A DNA stretch of 22,628 nucleotides, from assembly GCA_001179505.1 (NCBI GenBank), contig CDMY01000768.1, forward strand, positions 1 to 22,628, given 5' to 3'. Numbering within the stretch: the stretch's first letter is position 1; each line of letters starts with the position of its first letter. The translations under genes were made by a program, and so were the position numbers. Of the stretch, positions 1 to 10,725 are shown in pieces. Under the pieces are notes generated by a model that had not been told where the DNA came from, ran no database searches, and was given only the letters and a program-made list of their open reading frames with translations. Origin of the DNA: Vitrella brassicaformis CCMP3155. Lineage: Eukaryota; Protista; Chromerida.

Positions 1-335
1 ATGAGTTGCATGTGCTTTTCTATTGCTCGCTCTATAGCTCTCCACGTAGGGAGGTCTTCCGTGTTGTTCGCATGTATGGATTGACTGCACCGGATGGTGT
101 GGTATATTTTTGGTGGGATCTCGCTCGTTGTGATGCCCTGGTGTTCGCATGGTCATTGCTTACTTCGCCCTCTCTCCCTGTGCAACGTGCGTTGGCTCAG
201 TTTCTTTTGATGGCCGTGGCTTCTCGCAAGCGCTGGCTTTCTTTGCACCCGTCAGCTTAGTTTTCTCGATATGACAAACGCTTTCATGGACACAGCATCT
301 GCCCTCAGGGGCCGGGACCTCGGTGTCCGTTAACA

Positions 336-359
336 AACGAACGAACGAACGAACGAACG
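336..359 (+). repeat. (AACG)6 microsatellite upstream of the Cys/Met PLP enzyme
   Basis: aacgaacgaacgaacgaacgaacg read directly. Confidence 0.9.
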
Positions 360-589
360 CCAAATCGATCCCCATCTGCGAGCTTTTGCCTACGAGCAGA
401 AGCAGAAGCAGGTGGACAGCTGAAGTCTCTGGAAGATCACGTGAAAGATCACAAACGAAGGGTGCGCGTTGATGCATCCCTGCACACAAACCTGGCTGAT
501 GACGCGCACTTCCTGTTCCTCTGTGTATGTGTTGGTTGCCTCATCTGTCTGATCAGATCAGCATCGTGTTGTGCGTTGAGCTGATCAGC

Positions 590-1896
590 ATGCAGAACGG
601 CAGCAGCGAGGGCGGCAAGGCGGGCACCTGGGTGGAGGGTCCCTTCGCCATCGACACGTCGCTGGTGCACGCCGCCATCGACCCAGACCCCACCACAGGC
701 GCCATCCTGCCTCCCGTCTACCAGAACACCACCTTCATTCAGGAGTCGGTGGCGCAGTACCTCGAGAAGGGCTTCTCATACTCGAGGACAGGCAACCCCA
801 CTGTGAGGGTGCTGGAGAGGAAGATAGCCGAGCTGGAGGGAGGGTATGGCGCCACGTGCGTGTCAACGGGCATGGCCGCCACATTCACCGTCTTCTCGGC
901 GCTGCTCAAGCCCGGCGACCACGTCGTCATTACCAACTGCAGCTACGGCGGGACCAACAGGTGTGCCCGGGTGCACTTCTCCAAGTACGGCATCGACTTC
1001 TCGTTTGTGGATTTCCGCGACATCAAGACGGTCGAGGCCGCCATCACCGAGAGGACCAAGATGCTCTTCAGCGAGTCGCCGACGAACCCGACGCTCTTCC
1101 TGGCTGACGTCGAGGCCATCTCGCAGCTGGCCAAGGCCAGGGGCCTCGTGCACGTGTGCGACAGCACCTTCGCCACGCCCCTCATCATGAAACCCCTCGA
1201 CCTGGGCGCCGACATCGTCATCCAGTCGACGACCAAGTTCTACGACGGCCACAACATCACTGTTGGCGGGGCGGTGGTGTGCAAGACCAAGGAGCTCGAC
1301 GACACCATGCACTTCCACCAGAACGTCCTGGGCAACATCATGTCGCCGCAGGTGGCCTTCTACCAGCTGCAGACCACCAAGACCATGGCCTTGAGGGTGC
1401 GGCAGCAGAGCGCGACGGCGCAGCGAGTGGCGGAGTTCCTCGAGAAGCACCCCAAGGTGGACAAAGTGGTGTACCCGGGCCTCAAGAGCTTCCCGCAGAA
1501 GGAGCTGGCCGACAAGCAGCACAAGGACGGGCTGCACGGGGGGATGCTCTGGTTTGAGGTCAAGGGAGGCACCGACGCAGGTAGACCCCTCACACACATA
1601 CACGACACCACAGACGGCGGCAAGAAACCCATCCATCTCTCCCATGTGTGTATGTGATCTGTGTGTATGAAGGTCGTCGTTTGATGGACACGTGCCAGCG
1701 TCCGTGGTCCCTGTGCGAGAACCTGGGTGCCACCGAGTCGATCATCACCTGCCCGGCGGTCTTCACACATGCGAACATGCTGCGGGAGGACCGCCTCAAG
1801 GTCGGCCTCACCGACGGGTTCGTCCGCGTCAGCTGCGGCATCGAGGACGCAGACGACCTCGTCCGCTCACTCAAGATCGCACTCGACAATCTGTGA
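590..1896 (+). CDS. Cys/Met metabolism PLP-dependent enzyme (cystathionine gamma-lyase / gamma-synthase family), 2 exons: 590-1580, 1673-1896, 404 aa
   Basis: Family motifs PPVYQNTTF, YSRTGNPT, TGMAA, ESPTNP, DSTFATP, PLP-lysine motif QSTTKFYDGH, SLCENLGATES and VRVSCGIED. The 92-nt intron GTAGAC...TGAAG (1581-1672) joins GGTDA-G-RRLMDT in frame. The exact substrate specificity cannot be assigned from sequence. Confidence 0.93.
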
Positions 1897-2312
1897 CTGA
1901 CAGACTCGACGGGGGAGGGGTGGGTTAGTCGTTGCATGCTGCTTTTTTCAAATGGTGTGCATTGACGTCATGTGTCTGTCGACCGGGGTAATGGGTGGCT
2001 GTAGTAGAGTACATTTTGGACATGATGCATGAGCTGCGTTGCGTAGCTGACTAGCTTGTCACATTGTGTGTGTGACTGTGGCACGAGGACGGCATTGATG
2101 TGGATGCGTCTGTGGCTGTGGTTTTTGCCGCCAGAACCGCATTCATCCATTCCTGAGGCCTCAGACCATGACCGAAACTTGAGGCATATCCGAGCCACGT
2201 TCCCGAGCCACTTTCCGAGCCGTGATCCACTTCGCGCGTCTCAGCCCCCACGTACCCCCACCCCGCATCCCCATCCTACCCTTTTCCTGCATCCCTTTTC
2301 CATTGCAGCGTC

Positions 2313-5300
2313 ATGGAGCTCTGCAGCATCCTCTTGCTCGCCATCCTCATACCAATTTGCCTCATCCCGGCAGCACCTTTTGCTCAGGGGCTGTCAGCGA
2401 ATCATCCTCTCCACCATCGCAGCAAACAGAATGCCATCCCATTCCCCCGGGACGACACGCACGACATCCTTGACGCTGCTTTCGTCGAGCTGGGGAACCA
2501 CCTTGAGCGCTCTGGCCTGAGTGTGGATCCCGCCGAGCTGCAGCACTATGCAGGCACAGCAGCCAAGGCGCTGGCGAATCTCATTGAGTCGCACGATGGC
2601 AGCGGCAGGGCGGCGCCGTCGGCACACTCGGAACAGGAGGCCCTCAGTGTTGGGCGCGGTGGCGGTGCCAGCGTCGGCTTCCCGCAGGACGACCTCGGTA
2701 AGTCGGGCAAAGGAGGACATAAAACGACGCGAGACCTCTGGTTATTCCTTCGTTCGTCCAGTTCACCAGGTGCAGAGTCTCGTGGAGAAACATCTGGTCA
2801 GAAGGAGCGAGAGAAGAGAGCCCCATACGTTGCAATGTCTACACCTAGCTGTATGTGCAGCTGATGTGCGCCGAGATGATTCTCCGCAAGGCCACGGTCC
2901 GGTGCGACGCTGCCGTGTGAGTGAGCAACACGCAACAAACACAAACATAGGAGACACACACACACACACAACACATCAAAATAAGCCCTGTCTGTTCTCT
3001 CGGTGCTCTGTGTGTTCGTTCCTTTGTGTCGTACGTACACGGCCTGTTTGAACTGTTCGATCGTGAAGGACGCACCTGCAGAACATCCTGGCCTCTTCAC
3101 AGAAACAAGTCGCCTTCGGCGCACAGGTATGCAGGACACATGCAATTCACCAACTGCTTTTGTGTCGTCCCCATTTTCTCAGTCTCTCAAGACCACCTCT
3201 CCGTTGGCCACGATGGAGGCCAACCTTCGGCGCAGCATCGAGCAGTGCCAGCAGGCTAAAGCAAAGATCATAACCATGACGGTCAGCCGAGAGAGACATG
3301 CATGCGCTGCCGTCCACTGCCGCACGCGGCTGTCTTGTGTGGTCCTTTCTCACCAGCGTGAGCACGAGAAGAAGGCCTGTGACGAGCAGGACGCACTCAG
3401 GGCAGAAATTGTATACAGAACCGACACAATCGATCAAGCCAGAGGGTCGATCAGTGTACTGACGGTGTTTTCCGCTTTGTTTGCAGGAGAGGCGCCGCGA
3501 GGAGTTGCGACAAATCAAGACCAAACTCGACGAAGCCTTCAGGGGAGACACACTGCAAACTCAGGTGAGACACCTCGATCGATCCTCACCAGTTTGCCGT
3601 GTGATGCTTCTTCCGCCATCATGCATGTGTCAGGGCCACATGGGCTCCGCCGAGTCCGCGTGCTGCCGGCAAGACAAGCTGACGGACTGCCTGCTGCCAG
3701 CCATGGAGGCCGCCCCAAACCCGCTGATGCAGTGCATCGAGACACACATGTGCGTGCCGGATGCTGGTGCAGGACTCCCCATACAGATGCTTGAGAGGGG
3801 TGCCAATGGTGAGGAGATAGAGAGGACGGGTCACGCATCGCATCATGATACACTGGAATGCGTGTTTATGACTCAGAGTCGGCTTCTGAATTGCCAAGCG
3901 ACATCACGTGTAAGAGAGAGGCAGATCGAGCGACCGAAGCCTGCCTTACACGTCTGTCGTTTCCGTTCCATTCAGCCTTCAATGAAGAGGCCAGGGAGTT
4001 TGAGGAATCCTTCCCTAAGGCAGACGACTCGCAAAGGAACAAAGGTGAGCACACACCAAACCCATATATACACACGTACATGGTGCGTATCCTCACACGG
4101 GCCTCCTCCCCTCCCTCTCCGCCACGGACACTGGACTCACTCAAGGCCCCGGCGGCACTGGTCCTCACTATGACCCCAAAGACATGACCTTCGACTTCAT
4201 GAGGGGCGTTCCGGGGCTGCCTGAGCGTCGCACACTCATGACGGGCTCGCCAGCACTGCTCTATCAAAGCCCAGTGGTGCCCCGGGCGAGGTACCCCGGC
4301 GGCCGGTACTTCTCCCGGTTCAACAAGCCTGGCAGTGGCGTATACATCAACGACCCTAACAACACGATGGGGTTGACCCCCATCACCAATAGAAACATCG
4401 CATTCGTGCCGTACCCGGCAGACGGGGACGCCTATCACCCGCTCAAGCAAAGTGCGACAGAGGGAGGGAGGGGGGAGGCCACAAGCAGTGCGTGTGGCTG
4501 ATGAATGGATCAATGGAGACACTCCCAGTTGGTGTATGTTATGTATACTTATCTGTCGCGCTGTGTGTGAACACCGTATGTGTCGCAGGTGACTTTAATG
4601 TCGAGATGCACATGGATCCTGTGCCAATCCGCGAGACAGGATCATTGCCCATTGGTGCACTAACTCTCTATCGATGGATTGCACCGTCCGACTACACTGT
4701 CTGTCATGTGTGTCTGCCTGTCTGTGTCTTCCTTCCGTCTATTCAGACAATGGGGTGCTCTCTGGCATCGCAGGGAACCGAATGGGTTAGTTGGTTGGCA
4801 AGCATACAGAGAGACGCCGAGAGGCATATGCATGACACGAGACATGAGACATGCAAAGGATCCACCCACTCATGTCCGTCTCTCCCTTGATTTCTGCTCT
4901 CAGTCAACAGCAGCATGAATGCCCATCTGTCCCTCATTCAGACAAGTGCGTGACTGAGACTGCCCCTTACCTCTATCTTCCCCTCTTCTGTTCTCTCTCT
5001 GTTTCCTTTCTGTCTGTCAGCGAGCAACATCACGGCTCCTGAGAACCCTCTGGCTGAGTCCCTCAAGCCCAACAGCATCGCATCACCCGTGTAGATCCAC
5101 CGTACGCCACCAGCACAGCATGCACGAGATGGGTACGCATTTTTGTTCATTTGTGCATCTGGCCATGTGTGTGTCTGTCTGCAGGCAGGACCACAACTGG
5201 GTCTAGGGATGAACTCTGTACGAAGTGGATCCAAGACCCTAGCCATCCACGGTTCAAAGATTTGCCAGACGGGGAGTACTGTGGCAAGACCGTGAGCGGC

Positions 5301-5564
5301 GCTGAGTCCTACTGCAAGAGAGGTGAGTGCCTCTTAAACGGTGTCTCCAGAGCGGCTCGCTGTGCGTGAATCCATTAAGCAGTATATGCATACGCATTGT
5401 GTGTGGCTTTCCTGCATGCATGCGTTAGAAAGCGTCGCTTGATGTTAAAGAGATACATACCCATTGGCCGTTCACTAGCCACAGGAGGTCGTCTCTATAT
5501 AGCTATGTCTATCGACATTCTCACGGCTACACAAGCAGACTGCACGCCACTGGACCCCAAATAA
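2313..5564 (+). CDS. Multi-exon secreted protein of unknown function (signal peptide, helical/coiled-coil Cys-containing N-terminal half, Cys-containing C-terminal part); could be two genes
   Basis: Starts MELCSILLLAILIPICLIPAAPFAQG (signal-peptide-like). Spliced exons read ...DLVHQVQSLVEKHLLMCAEMILRKATVRCDAAVTHLQNILASSQKQVAFGAQSLKTTSPLATMEANLRRSIEQCQQAKAKIITMTREHEKKACDEQDALRAEIERRREELRQIKTKLDEAF..., later DMTFDFMRGVPG...HPLKQ, GDFNVEMHMDPVPIRETG and RDELCTKWIQDPSHPRFKDLPDGEYCGK. The last exon GGRLYIAMSIDILTATQADCTPLDPK ends at TAA 5562-5564. Junctions between about 3750 and 5180 are uncertain. Confidence 0.6.
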
Positions 5565-6703
5565 AACGAAAATGACATGAGCGTCTCCTTCGATCGATCT
5601 GCAACTAGTTAGTACTGTCTGTCTGACTGTCTGCCACTGTGAGTGTCTGGGTGTGCGGTGAAAAGGACATTCATCCCGGCATCGTCGTCCTTCAGCTTCC
5701 TGGCCGGCCGAACTCCTCCAGTGCCTGGCAGGCCCTCGAACACCTGCATCGGGTGTCACTGAAGGCAAACCGTAGACAGCCCTCACAATCACACGCCGAG
5801 GTCACGAAAGCAAGCCAAATTCTCGACGGCGTGTCAACGGCGTCCTCAAAAAGTGAGACGTGCGAGCATGAGGAATTGAATGCCAAGACATGAGCACACG
5901 GTGCTTGTAGTGTAGACTTGGGCAGAGAGGGTCGTCAGGGATGGTTCATATACTACATGTATGTGTACATGAATAGATGAAGACAGGCAGGAACAGGAGA
6001 GGCACAAAGCAATCGATCGGGACAGGAAAGACAGAATGGATGCAGCTGACAGGGGTGTCCCGGATGCCAAAAGAGACACCCCGACGCGAACGGGACAAGC
6101 AAGACATCATCAGTAACGATGACATGAGCCGAACACGAGCACAATCAAGGCGAGGACAAAGGAGAACCGCATCACATGAGCAGGACACAGTGAAGAGAAA
6201 CCTTCCATGGCGCTTACTCTGCTCATGGGGCCATGCCAAGCGCACGATGCCCCAGAGCTCCTCAGGCATTAAGACGACACAGGAGCCTTAAATGGGATCA
6301 TTGAACGTCGAGGATGATGGTGGAAATCAAAGACAAACAGGAGTGGCACACAGATATACACATCTCTCGTTCACACGAGAAAGACGCGTGCGATGTGTAG
6401 AGTCGTGTTTTTTGCCAGAATGGAAATCCAGGCCATCTTAATATCTTCTGGATCTTCGACTGGGGTTTCAAACCCTAGACAAACCCCACACACAACGTGT
6501 CTAGGGTTCCTGAGATCTGAGATCTCAAATCGGCTTTCTTCTGTATCGAAGCTTTCTGCTGTGGCATTGCTCTTCCTGCTTGTTTCTTGACACGGGAAGA
6601 TCAGGTTGACAGCGGCGAGGCCACCCCTTACCCAGATAGTGTTGTTGACGTTCTGTCGTCTGGAACGTCGTGTCTGTCAACGACACACTTCGACATTGTC
6701 GAG

Positions 6704-9424
6704 ATGGTGAAGAGGAAGCGAGGGGGGGAGCGCGAGGTGCGCTGCACACTCCGACGTCGGCCTGCTGACTCCAGTGCGGCCACCGAGGCAACTCTTGTCG
6801 ACACAGGCGACTCCAACGCCAAGTAAGCACATGGGAGCCAGGCGGGGGAGTCAGTGGGACCTAGTCAATTCGGCTTTCTATCTCTGTGTGTGCGCGTTTG
6901 TGTGTGAGCTCTCTCAGAAGCGACAAGTGCGGATGCGACTTCGCACACGATTTCGTGCGTGACATCGTCGAGGGAAGGAATGCGAAGGTCTACGAAGCCG
7001 AACAGCTCAGCACGGGCATCATCGTCGCCGTGAAGGAGGCCAAGCCTGACGGCGACTCAGCAGCTATCGCGAGAGCCGGCCGGAAAGAGGTTCGCATAAT
7101 GCAACTGCTGGCTGGTCACAAGCACGTCGTGAGGTTCGTCACCTCCTGCACGTGCAAGGCAAAGGGTGCAGGCGGCAACGGTGCCCTGATGATGGAGCTG
7201 TGCACAGGCACGCTTGACGGCTTCCGATTCCGGCAATACCCCACTGGTTTGCCTCCCGAGGTGCTGCGCCGAGTCCTCCGTCAGTTGGTGTCTGCTATGG
7301 CCCATCTGGAGGACAAGGGCGTCTGGCACTGCGACCTCAAGCCCGAAAACATCCTGATCAAACACCAAGGTACAGCACACTCACACCTTGCACACACATG
7401 GATGGAACGCTGTCTGTCTGCTTTTTGTCTGTTGCAGGAGGGCGTCTGTGTACCAAGCTTGGCGATTTCGGCAACAGCCGAGATGCCGACGAAACTTGTC
7501 GAATGACACAAACCGAGATGCAGACGCCATCTCACCGGGCGCCAGAGGTGCATCTGAAGGCGGCACTGGCTGCTGCAGCAAATGGTGAGTGAACGGCACT
7601 GAACGCACTCGTATCTGTATCTATCACACACACTGCTCTCGCTGGGTCGGTCCCTCGTTCTATGGTGGGTTTTTGGCTTGTTGCATGATGAGTAGCTTGC
7701 CCTCTTCTGACCTGCATTGTTCGTCCATCATGCGACGTGTCTGATGACTATGTATTGTGAGTAGAAGGCTCCCGCAGAGAGCTGGTGGGGTGCATGGTGT
7801 GAGCGAGGACCTATGTGTGCATCGGGGCATGGGGATGTGGTGAAACTCTCAGACACACAGACCACCCTGACACCATAAATCGCCAACCACCACTCAAGCT
7901 TTGCTATGTGCACGGCTCATGAGGTGAGAACTCGCCAGTATCGGTTGGAATATTTGGGTTGTCCTGAAATGGACTGGCATGAGACGGCATGGCGTGTTGA
8001 ATGAACGCTACATGTCGCATGCCCTCATGGCAATGCTGACATGCGCGTCAGCGGAGCTCGAGTCCCATCGATCAGCCGTATGGCCAGCAGAATTCCAAGA
8101 TGCATAGACAGACTCGTAGATAGGCGGAGACAGACAACGTAAACAGGCGGAGAGCAACAGACAACTCGGGGGCCAGACAGACAGACAGACAGACAGGCGG
8201 GCAGACAGACAGACAGGCAGGCAGGCAGACAGTGAGGGAGGGAGGATTGTGTGGTGGATCGATGTCTGTGTCGAGCCGCACCTGTCGAGCCGCTTAATGA
8301 ACCACGTATTTGTTCCCCATACTTGGCCGGCAACAAATACAAGACAGTGTCTCTTCCGACGCTGTGAAAAGACAAGTGTCTCTTGTCACGCTGTCTTTTC
8401 ACATAAGACACACGAGTGTGCGCCTCACAGTCGCACTCGATGTGTGTCAGACACAGACACGCCCACCGACGCACAAGACAAGGCGCCGTTGTCCCCCCTC
8501 TGCGTACGGGCGCACGACGTTTTTCGAGACACGGGGAGGCGCCACCAGTGGTGTTTGACTTTTGTCGCTTTTTGTCTCATTCTCTTTCTCTGGCCGTCTG
8601 AGACATTGACTGACTCGGCGGACCCCTCTCAACTGACTACACACATACATGACTAACTTACTAATTAATTGTATGAGTGCGTGGATGCCTGAATGATGCA
8701 TATGGGGAGGGACCGACTCAGCGAGAGACAAACACAGACACACGAAGACGAACAGCATGCTGACACAACAGACATGCCATGTTGTCTGTTCCTTCTTTGG
8801 CGTCTCCATTGCAGGGAGAAAGACAAACTTCCCCGAGACCATCCACAACACGGCCAAGACGGATATGTGGTCCGTCGCCACTACGGCCTTCAAGGTAGGT
8901 GCAAGAGACACACCATGCGCACAAACAAATACGCGAGGCCTCACGTGACTCCTCTCTCTTCTCTGTGTCCATCTGGCAGGCGGCCTTCGGTGTGAGTCTG
9001 TTTCCATACCATAATGATGCTCGTCAGATGCTCCAAGACATCTTCAGCGTCATGGGCGTGCCGGAGGAGGAGGAGTGGTCGGGGATCGCCGACGTCCTCT
9101 CGCAGATTGGCATGGTACTGCCGGATGCCCGTGGGTCGAGCACCGTCGCCATCTATAGGCGCCTTACAGCCCATGTGCTGCTACAGCACAAGGCCTCGAA
9201 AGCGCCCCTCTTGGCGAAGGCCAACGAAAAATACTTGCACCAATTCATCGCCTTCATGGCCAGGTAAGCATGACAGACACCTATCAACCTGCCCCCCATG
9301 TCCTATCCTCCTGTGCTGCGTGCCTGTCTGTTTGTGTGTCAGGTTGGTGTGCCCTCCAGCCTCTCGCATGACGGCCAAAGACGCCCTGAACCACTTCTTC
9401 CCGGCGAAAGGAGACGACGACTGA
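6704..9424 (+). CDS. Ser/Thr protein kinase, divergent CMGC/CDK-like; exons 6704-6822, 6918-7369, 7438-7584, 8815-8894, 8980-9263, 9343-9424 (387 aa)
   Basis: Motifs VAVK (II), alphaC Glu (RKEVRIM), HCDLKPENIL (VIb), KLGDFG (VII), TPSHRAPE (VIII), KTDMWSV (IX), CDK-like QMLQDIFSVMGVPEEEEW insert and RMTAKDALNH (XI). All five introns are GT-AG and phase-consistent, and the total of 1164 nt is divisible by 3. Confidence 0.9.
8174..8231 (+). repeat. Compound (CAGA)n/(CAGG)n microsatellite inside the long kinase intron
   Basis: cagacagacagacagacagacaggcgggcagacagacagacaggcaggcaggcagaca read directly. Confidence 0.85.
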
Positions 9425-9613
9425 GCGATCGACAACAGATGGGGGACCAAGAGGCCGTTTCTTTGATCAAGTGGGGCTGGGTTCATGTTCAAGGGTGCAT
9501 AATTGTGTGGGGGTATGGGTGGGTGCCGTCCGATAGGGATGGTCCTGGTCCTTATTTCATGTGACACCGGCTGACTGGCTAAGCCTAGGCAGGCCGTCTG
9601 TGTCTTGCATGTT

Positions 9614-9679
9614 TGTGATGTGATGTGATGTGTTGTGATGTGTTGTGTTGTGTTGTGTCGATGCGCATGGCAGGCAGTG

Positions 9680-9710
<31 letters not shown>
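9614..9710 (+). repeat. (TGTGA/TGTGT)n pentamer tract (9614-9658) and (TC)14 tract (9683-9710) downstream of the kinase
   Basis: Read directly. Confidence 0.85.
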
Positions 9711-9713
<3 letters not shown>

Positions 9714-10312
9714 TCCTCTGTCAGTTTTTCAATTGCATGGGGCACGTGGCAGAAAGTTCGGCTGCGTGTGCGACGCGTATGTGTGCTGGAACTGTTTTCT
9801 TTTTTCATCCCGTCTCTTGTCTTGACTTCGGCATGGCTGGCAGACTGGGTGCCTGCGTTGTCTTAAGGAGGGAGGGCACATGTATATGCATATCTGTGTA
9901 TTTGTATGTGTTCGTGTGTGTCGTACATGGCCTGGCTGTAGCGGTGATGTCTCGTCGGCCATCCCGCCGCCTGCCAATCGCCGGCCGGCCGGTCGGCCGG
10001 CGAGGCTGATCCAGACTGCTGTGTCTTTTCTGATGTACAGCATTAGTAAGTAAGGCACTCCCTTGGAGTGATTTCAACGCAATCGCCTCCCCGCAGCAAG
10101 GGGAGGAGGAGGGGGCGGGGGTGAGGGATGCCTGTATGGACAATCGGTCGGCTGCATGTCTGAGGTCCATGGGCATGGTCTTTTTTCTACCAACCGGGCT
10201 GCCTGCACGCTCTTCTCGGGGAGGGAAATCACCAACTCGTCTTCTTTTTGTCGCACTTGTCGGTCACTTTTCGCTCCACCTCACCTGTGATTCGTGCGTG
10301 TTTGTCTTTTGT

Positions 10313-10372
10313 GTCTGTCTGTCTGTCTGTCTGTCTGTCTGGTTGGCTGGCTGGCTGGCTGGCTGGCTGGCT
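10313..10372 (+). repeat. Compound (GTCT)7-(GGCT)7 microsatellite upstream of the deiodinase-like gene
   Basis: Read directly. Confidence 0.9.
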
Positions 10373-10725
10373 GCGTCATGGAACAGTGGGACACCATCGT
10401 TGTACGTGGGACAGACGCGAGCACAATTCTTCTATCCACGAAGCAACACAACGTCTTTTCCTCTGCAGTATACACACATCCACAGGCAGGTCTTCACGCT
10501 CAATGTGACAACCCCCACACCTGCATCAAACACACACAGATGCACACAAGCATGGACGAGGCAAAGTGTGAATTGAATCATAGATCGTCGAACATCTCTG
10601 TGTTTCTCAACTGTCTGTGTGTGTTGGCATCCAACGCGACGCACTGCGACGATGATTACGGCCGTTTCACCTCTCTGCGAATGATCGGCGAAGCTCGCAA
10701 CATGTGAAGGCCGCGAGCGGGCAAG

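Noticed and set aside
1-300. ORF 6..260 as a gene
   Set aside because: No motifs and low-complexity T/G-rich composition; more likely UTR or intergenic sequence of a gene outside the window.
863-1645. Long antisense and alternate-frame ORFs over real genes (also 20358..21533, 18870..19502, 16585..17415, 11895..12623)
   Set aside because: These are shadows of GC3-rich coding sequence, with no motifs and biased composition.
527-1657. ORF-track 376-aa version of the Cys/Met enzyme (MCWLPH... to ...HLSHVCM)
   Set aside because: The N-terminal 21 aa lie in TG-rich UTR/intron-like sequence and the C-terminus runs into the 1581-1672 intron. The spliced model restores the family C-terminus.
8107-8231. 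Repeat units as a CRISPR array or transposon end
   Set aside because: Eukaryotic intron, units are degenerate microsatellite derivatives, and there are no constant repeat/spacer pattern, terminal inverted repeats or transposase.
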